Shown one piece after another: positions 25,321-30,322 of a stretch of 30,322 nt of DNA. The stretch is taken from assembly GCA_964432135.1 (NCBI GenBank), contig CAYSMT010000001.1:7548-37869 (forward strand), read 5' to 3'. Every line of letters starts with the position of its first letter. The stretch's first letter is position 1. The notes below the pieces were generated by a model. The model worked only from the letters and a program-made list of their open reading frames with translations. It ran no database searches and was not told where the DNA came from. The translations under genes were made by a program, and so were the position numbers. The stretch comes from an uncultured Acidobacteriota bacterium (GTDB lineage Bacteria > Acidobacteriota > Polarisedimenticolia > J045).

Positions 25321-26015
25321 GCGAAACGACACCACCAAAGCCATCCGCCCCGCTGCCCGCCTATTCCACCTTGTGTGCGTGTCTTGCCAGCACACTCGAT
25401 GAACTTGACGTGCGAGCGCCTCCCGCACCCACCTCGGAGCACATCGTTAGGCATCTGCAGGAGCTGTACCGCTGGAACCGTCGCATCAATCTGACGGGGA
25501 TACGTGACTGGAAAGAGGGCCTTCGGCGGCACGCCGTCGAAGCGCTCGAGGGCTGGCCGTGGATTGAGGGCCTCGTCGGCGACGCAGATACGCTGCTGGT
25601 GGATCTCGGCAGCGGGAACGGCTACCCGGCCCTGCCTTTACTATTCGCCCAGCCGCGGCTACGAGGCCTGCTCGTGGAATCCAGTGGACGTAAATGCGAT
25701 TTTCTCAACGCCGTGATACGCCGGAACGGGGTCGGGGAGCGGGTGTCCTGCCTGCACCAGCGCATCGCGTCACCCGCAGACATTCCAAGCAAGGCCAGCA
25801 TTATCACGATGCGGGCCTTCCCAAACCCCGGCGAGTGGATCCCTCGCCTTCTCGAGGAAGTCAAGCCGGACATGCTCTTGGCTTGGTTGAGCCGGGCCGA
25901 TGGTGAGAACCTGAAAGAGCAGCTACTCACCAAGCACGTCGACATCAAGGTCTGCGCGTTGCGGGCTCACGCGACGGGCGTCCTGCTTGTCACAAAGCGA
26001 TCTCGTTCGAGATGA
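25317..26015 (+). CDS. rsmG: 16S rRNA m7G527 methyltransferase RsmG/GidB
   Basis: GTGA overlap with the mnmG stop. WNRRINLTGI, SAM motif DLGSGNGYP, LVESSGRKCDFL and TMRAF. Confidence 0.88.
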   Translation: MSETTPPKPSAPLPAYSTLCACLASTLDELDVRAPPAPTSEHIVRHLQELYRWNRRINLTGIRDWKEGLRRHAVEALEGWPWIEGLVGDADTLLVDLGSGNGYPALPLLFAQPRLRGLLVESSGRKCDFLNAVIRRNGVGERVSCLHQRIASPADIPSKASIITMRAFPNPGEWIPRLLEEVKPDMLLAWLSRADGENLKEQLLTKHVDIKVCALRAHATGVLLVTKRSRSR

Positions 26016-26102
26016 AGCGATCAAGAAGGCCTGGGGCTCATTTCCCACGACACCGCTCTCGACTAGTGAGAGCGTCGGGAGAAGAACCTTGGCCGCCGGG
26101 AA

Positions 26103-26118
26103 TGTTCCACGTGGAACA
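26103..26118. promoter_or_regulatory. parS: parS site 2, embedded in a 26-bp perfect palindrome (26098-26123)
   Basis: GGGAA-TGTTCCACGTGGAACA-TTCCC between convergent rsmG and mnmE. Confidence 0.95.
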
Positions 26119-26156
26119 TTCCCTGAGATAGACGCCCCGTACGGCCGTTCTTCTCG

Positions 26157-27506
26157 TTACTTACCGATGCAGAAACGAGAGAAAATGCGGCCCAGGAGTT
26201 CCTCGGGACCCACTGCGCCAAGAATCTCCCGCAAAGCCCCCACTGCGGCCCGCACCTCGACCGCCGCCAGCTCAGCATCCCGCCCCGCCCCGAGAAGCGT
26301 CGATGCCCTCCCGAGGGCTTCCCGCGCCACAGCAGCCTGGAGTCGATGGCGCTCGGTGGCAAGAGCGACACTCTCTACCGCTGTCGTTCCAGGAGCGCCA
26401 AGCATCGTCGAAATCTTCCGGCGCAACTCGGGAATTCCTGCTCCTCTTAGCGAGTCCACGGCGATGACCTCCTCCGGGACAGGGGAGGTGATCAGGTCCC
26501 GATGGGTCCCGACCCGCAATGTCTGCGCGCCGTCAAGCAGGGGTTCCGAGACGGGAGCTTCAGCGAGATGAAACACCTCGAGCACAAGCTGCGCTCCGGC
26601 TGCGGCCTCCCGAGCGCGACGCATGCCCTCGATCTCGGCAAGGCCCTCGGCGGCCCCGAGCCCGGCCGCATCTATGAGCACGACAGGAAGCCCCTCCAGC
26701 ACGATCGTCTCCTCGACCAGATCGCGCGTCGTGCCGGCCTCTGGAGTCACGATCGCGCGCGAGTACCCGACGAGGGCGTTGAAAAGCGACGACTTGCCGG
26801 CATTGGGCGGGCCGATCAAGACGACCCGCGCCCCCTCTTTGACACGCTGGGCCACCTCGGATCTTTGAAGCAACTCTTCGAGATCCTCGACGATCGAAGC
26901 GCAGCGTAGCGCGAGGCGCTCCGCCGATGAGACAGGACCCTCCTCCTCCGCGAAGTCGAGCCCTGATTCGATGTCAGCGAGCAGATCAAAGGCGGCGTTG
27001 GCTATCGGATCGAGAGCGCGAGAGACCTCTCCCCGAAGTTGCCGCGCGGCGATCCGCGCTTGTTCAATAGTCGCCGCGCCGACCAGATCCTGGATCGCCT
27101 CGGCCTGCGCGAGATCGACCTTGCCAGCCTCGAGAGCCCGCAAGGTGAACTCGCCGGGCTGCGCGGGGCGCGCACCCAGCTCCACGCTGGCGGAGATGAG
27201 TTCGCGAATCACGGCAGGGGAACCATGACACATAATTTCCGCCATATCTTCGCCCGTATAGGAACGAGGAGCCTCGTAAGCGATGACAATAGCTTCATCG
27301 ATGATCTCGCCATCGCGCCCCCTGAGTGCCGCGAGTCGGAGCGCCCGAGCGGGGCAGCTCATCCCTCCCGTCAGAGCCCGCAAGAGCTCGCCGCTCCGCG
27401 GACCTGAGATGCGCAAGACGGCCATCGCCGACTGGCCCGGCGCCGTCGCCGGCGCCACTATGGTTTCTCTCATGGCCCTCTCGTTGCGCATCGTGCCGAC
27501 AATCAT
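26157..27506 (-). CDS. mnmE: tRNA modification GTPase MnmE/TrmE
   Basis: TIVAPATAPG, EIMCHGSP, GEFTLRA, DLAQAEAI, G1 GPPNAGKSS, G2 GTTRD and C-terminal FSRFCIGK. Confidence 0.95.
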   Translation of the reverse strand: MIVGTMRNERAMRETIVAPATAPGQSAMAVLRISGPRSGELLRALTGGMSCPARALRLAALRGRDGEIIDEAIVIAYEAPRSYTGEDMAEIMCHGSPAVIRELISASVELGARPAQPGEFTLRALEAGKVDLAQAEAIQDLVGAATIEQARIAARQLRGEVSRALDPIANAAFDLLADIESGLDFAEEEGPVSSAERLALRCASIVEDLEELLQRSEVAQRVKEGARVVLIGPPNAGKSSLFNALVGYSRAIVTPEAGTTRDLVEETIVLEGLPVVLIDAAGLGAAEGLAEIEGMRRAREAAAGAQLVLEVFHLAEAPVSEPLLDGAQTLRVGTHRDLITSPVPEEVIAVDSLRGAGIPELRRKISTMLGAPGTTAVESVALATERHRLQAAVAREALGRASTLLGAGRDAELAAVEVRAAVGALREILGAVGPEELLGRIFSRFCIGK

Positions 27507-27572
27507 GCCCTATCTCCAACCGCATCTCGCCAAATTGAGTGTAGTCTGTTGCCTTCGAACGGGAGATTGACC

Positions 27573-28139
27573 ATGACCAACTATCATCAATCGGGCCGTC
27601 CCGCGCGTCGAGGCACGGCGCTGGCCCTGGCTCTATGCTTGCCTGCTTTCTTTCTCGGCGGGCCTGCCGTAGACGCCACCGAGATTTTCGCGCAACTACG
27701 GGGCGCACTCCTCGACGAACAGGGCCTGCCTGCCGCGGGTTATCAGGTCGGCCTGAAGAACACCGCGGGCGACCTGTTTCTCTCCGCACCTACGGGAGCC
27801 GATGGACACTTTGAATTGATACAGTTACCACCTGATTCATACGAGATGGTGTGCTTCGACCCCCAGGGTGTTGAGTTTCCACTTGTTTCCCGCAAGGTGA
27901 CCCTCCAGGGCGGGCAAGTCGAGAGAGTCGAGATACGCGTCGCCCCCGCGGCCTCGGGACAACCGCCGGGGAGGGGAGGGCGTGCCGCCGACATATCACG
28001 CCGGAGTAAGCTGCGCGGTTGGTGGAGCGGGCGACCCCTCGGCACGAAAATCGGCATCGTAGCCTTTGGTGCGTTCGCGGCCTACGAGCTCATTGATAAC
28101 GACTCGACCACGACGAGCGTCAGCCCAAGCAGTCCCTGA
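27573..28139 (+). CDS. Exported protein with carboxypeptidase-regulatory-like (prealbumin-like) beta-sandwich and C-terminal hydrophobic tail
   Basis: GGGAGA RBS and signal peptide. Pattern LRGALLDEQGLPAAGYQVGL...TGADGHFELIQLPPDSY is typical of that fold. Ends in KIGIVAFGAFAAYELI and a Ser/Thr/Pro tail. Confidence 0.7.
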   Translation: MTNYHQSGRPARRGTALALALCLPAFFLGGPAVDATEIFAQLRGALLDEQGLPAAGYQVGLKNTAGDLFLSAPTGADGHFELIQLPPDSYEMVCFDPQGVEFPLVSRKVTLQGGQVERVEIRVAPAASGQPPGRGGRAADISRRSKLRGWWSGRPLGTKIGIVAFGAFAAYELIDNDSTTTSVSPSSP

Positions 28140-28183
28140 GCGGGGCGTTGTCCCCGTTCTGAGACTGAGGCGCCCAGCACACG

Positions 28184-29431
28184 ATGGCTCAGCTCATCTC
28201 GCTCGCACTCGTTGGGGTGATCCTGATCCTCGGTGCTCGACGCCGGCCCGAAAATCTCCCGCTTCCCGCAGGCATTCGTCTACTCTTCGTTACCGGCTCC
28301 GAGTTTCTTTTCGTCGGCGCTCTGCTCGGCACCAATTTGCTCGGCGTGCTCGATGCTGAGGTTCTCGAGGGCCTCAAACCCCTCACCGCCCTTGCCATGG
28401 GCTTTGTCGGTCTACACTACGGCTTGCAGCTTGAAGCGAAGCTCCTGCGCTGGATCCCTTTGTTTTACAACGTGGCCCCTCTTGCCCAAGCCCTCGGCGC
28501 CGCCCTGCTGGTCTTCGCACCCTCCTACTTGCTTCTGAGCCACTTCTACGCGCGGAACAACGAGACCCTCGTCGCCGCGCTCGTTCTCGCAGCAGCCGCG
28601 GCCTGCTCGACGCCGGCACCTCTTGATTTGCTCGCTCGTGATCGGCGTTACCAAAGCTCGCCACGCTTGCTCATGCTGCGCCACCTCGCGGAAATGGGAG
28701 AACTTCCGGCCCTCGCCTTGTTCGGCATCGCCGTCTGCCTGCGGCACGAGGCGGGCGTTGCCGTCGGCTGGAGCTTCGCACCCACGCTGCAGTGGCTTGG
28801 GCTGACCGCACTACTCGGCGTCGTCTTCGGCCTCGTGCTCGACATCCTTCCTGCCGTCGGTAAGGACGGGACGGGACGCCTGGTCGTCGGCGGCCTGGGG
28901 GCTTTGCTTTTCTTTACGGGCCTTGCTCGCTACCTTCTGCTCTCACCCCTGTTCGTAAGCCTTATCGCCGGCATACTCGTCGCCAACATCCCGGGCCCGA
29001 GCAAACGCTTACGACGCTTTGTCTCCCGAACAGAGGCTCCGTTTAGCCTCTTCCTCCTCCTCATCGCCGGAGCCTCCTGGCGCCTCGATCTGGGCGACGC
29101 CATCTCACCCTGGCTCATGCTCCTGCTCGCTCTCGCTTTGATGATCTTTCGCCTCGCGGGAAAGACCATCGCTTGCATGATCCTCGCGCGAACCACCCTC
29201 GCGCACCGCGAACCAACCCGTTGGCTCGGCCTCGGGCTCGTCGCCCAAGGCGGCATCTCCGCAGCGATCGCTCTCGATTATCTCGACGGCGGCACCGGCC
29301 CCGCATCGGCGATAGTCTTTTCCATGATTCTGCTCTCGATCATCGTCACCGAGACCGTGGCGCCCTGGCTGATTCTTCGCAGCATGGCAGCGGATCGCCT
29401 GCTTCAACCACCATCAGAGCAGAACGCATGA
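28184..29431 (+). CDS. Cation:proton antiporter family (CPA, Na+/H+ exchanger fold) membrane protein
   Basis: About 12-13 hydrophobic helices, EFLFVGALLG, GLHYGLQLE, AAACSTP and GLGLVAQGGISAAIAL. Confidence 0.8.
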   Translation: MAQLISLALVGVILILGARRRPENLPLPAGIRLLFVTGSEFLFVGALLGTNLLGVLDAEVLEGLKPLTALAMGFVGLHYGLQLEAKLLRWIPLFYNVAPLAQALGAALLVFAPSYLLLSHFYARNNETLVAALVLAAAAACSTPAPLDLLARDRRYQSSPRLLMLRHLAEMGELPALALFGIAVCLRHEAGVAVGWSFAPTLQWLGLTALLGVVFGLVLDILPAVGKDGTGRLVVGGLGALLFFTGLARYLLLSPLFVSLIAGILVANIPGPSKRLRRFVSRTEAPFSLFLLLIAGASWRLDLGDAISPWLMLLLALALMIFRLAGKTIACMILARTTLAHREPTRWLGLGLVAQGGISAAIALDYLDGGTGPASAIVFSMILLSIIVTETVAPWLILRSMAADRLLQPPSEQNA

Positions 29432-30322
29432 AGACCCTTCACGATATGCGCGCGCGTGCCGATGAACTGACCCGCTCGAGCGCCTGGGCCGTGTGCGTGC
29501 TCGCCATAGCAACAGCCCTGATGGCCTTCCACCGCAGCTATCCCTTCCGCGTCTGCGAGGCAGGGAGCACACCGCTCGCCCTGGGCTACCTGATCCTCGG
29601 CGGCTGGTGCTGCGGTCTCGTCGCGCACAAGCTCAACCTCCCCAAGCTAACGGGCTACATCCTCGCCGGCCTCGTCGCGGGACCTCACCTTGGAGGCCTT
29701 GTCAGCGCGCAGACAGTGGAGGACCTGCACCTCGTCGATGACCTAGCCCTGACCTTCATCGCGCTCGTCGCAGGGGGCGAGCTTCGCTTCGAGCTGATCC
29801 GCGAACGTTGGCGAGCCATCATCGCCTGGATCAGCGGTCAGATCCTGATCACTCCTCTCGTCGTCGGCTTCGGTATCTTCTTTTGTGCTCGCTGGATGCC
29901 GGAGCTGGGCGGGAACCCATCAGCACCTCTGGCGCTCGCCATTGTGCTCGGAGCTCTCTCTCTCGCACGATCTCCCGCCGCGACGGTTGTCGTCATCGAG
30001 GAGTCTCAAGCCCGCGGACCCTTCACTGAGACGACCCTTGCCACGACGATCACCCTCGACACTCTCGTCATCCTTCTCTTCGCCGCCGCCGTCGCCATCG
30101 GCGAGAAGCTACTCTCGCCCGGCGCGGGGTTTGACCTCGACGTGCTTGCGACCCTTTCGACGGAGCTCTTCGTTTCGATCGCCCTCGGAGCCACCGTTGC
30201 GCTCCTTGTCTCCTTGCTCCTGCGATACTTCGATATCGATCTGCCAATTCTCCTCGCCGGCGTCGCTTTCTTGATCAGTCGTGGTTCCCGGGAACTCTCC
30301 GCTCTGCTCAGCCACGACTACG
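29428..30322 (+). CDS. Second cation:proton antiporter (CPA) protein, 3'-truncated by window edge (absent from ORF track)
   Basis: ATGA overlap with the previous stop. My translation gives MKTLHDMRARAD...LNLPKLTGYILAGLVAGPH...ALTFIALVAGGELRFELIR...SPAATVVVIEESQARGPFTETTLATTITLDTLVILLF, and the frame stays open to the end. Confidence 0.85.
   Translation, partial: MKTLHDMRARADELTRSSAWAVCVLAIATALMAFHRSYPFRVCEAGSTPLALGYLILGGWCCGLVAHKLNLPKLTGYILAGLVAGPHLGGLVSAQTVEDLHLVDDLALTFIALVAGGELRFELIRERWRAIIAWISGQILITPLVVGFGIFFCARWMPELGGNPSAPLALAIVLGALSLARSPAATVVVIEESQARGPFTETTLATTITLDTLVILLFAAAVAIGEKLLSPGAGFDLDVLATLSTELFVSIALGATVALLVSLLLRYFDIDLPILLAGVAFLISRGSRELSALLSHDY

Noticed and set aside
5690-26123. 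Three separate perfect inverted repeats all measuring 26 bp (5690/5803 arms, 7813 palindrome, 26098 palindrome)
   Set aside because: The sequences are unrelated and one is an extended parS, so the equal length is treated as coincidence.

Overview
GC-rich chromosomal window from a diderm bacterium (it encodes an outer-membrane beta-barrel, TAT signals and a likely lipoprotein signal). The taxon cannot be fixed from sequence alone; Acidobacteriota or delta-proteobacterial lineages are a guess. Left part: the C-terminus of a radical SAM/SPASM protein, a large exported BNR/VPS10-repeat protein, an exported oligoendopeptidase F, a helical hypothetical protein, a YHS-domain protein and a secreted hypothetical protein. 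Centre (minus strand, 9067-18310) is the main finding: one apparent operon encoding Rieske 2Fe-2S, cytochrome b (fused b/suIV, PEWY), an octaheme HAO-family cytochrome c, an outer-membrane beta-barrel, a tetraheme NapM-like cytochrome, and NapA, NapD, NapG and NapH. No napB, napC or nrfA occurs in the window. A sigma-54 -24/-12 promoter-like site and a sigma-54 activator with a degenerate receiver domain lie directly upstream. Right part is an origin-proximal housekeeping region: mutY, bactofilin, parB, parA, mnmG, rsmG, mnmE and two perfect parS sites. The mnmG-rsmG block lies between the two parS sites and is inverted relative to the usual mnmE-mnmG-rsmG-parA-parB order. It is followed by a small exported protein and two tandem cation:proton antiporter genes. 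Non-coding oddities include a 139-bp element with perfect 26-bp terminal inverted repeats and a perfect 26-bp palindrome. I recognised no rRNA, tRNA, CRISPR array or transposase. Many starts are trimmed from the ORF track using RBS and motif evidence.
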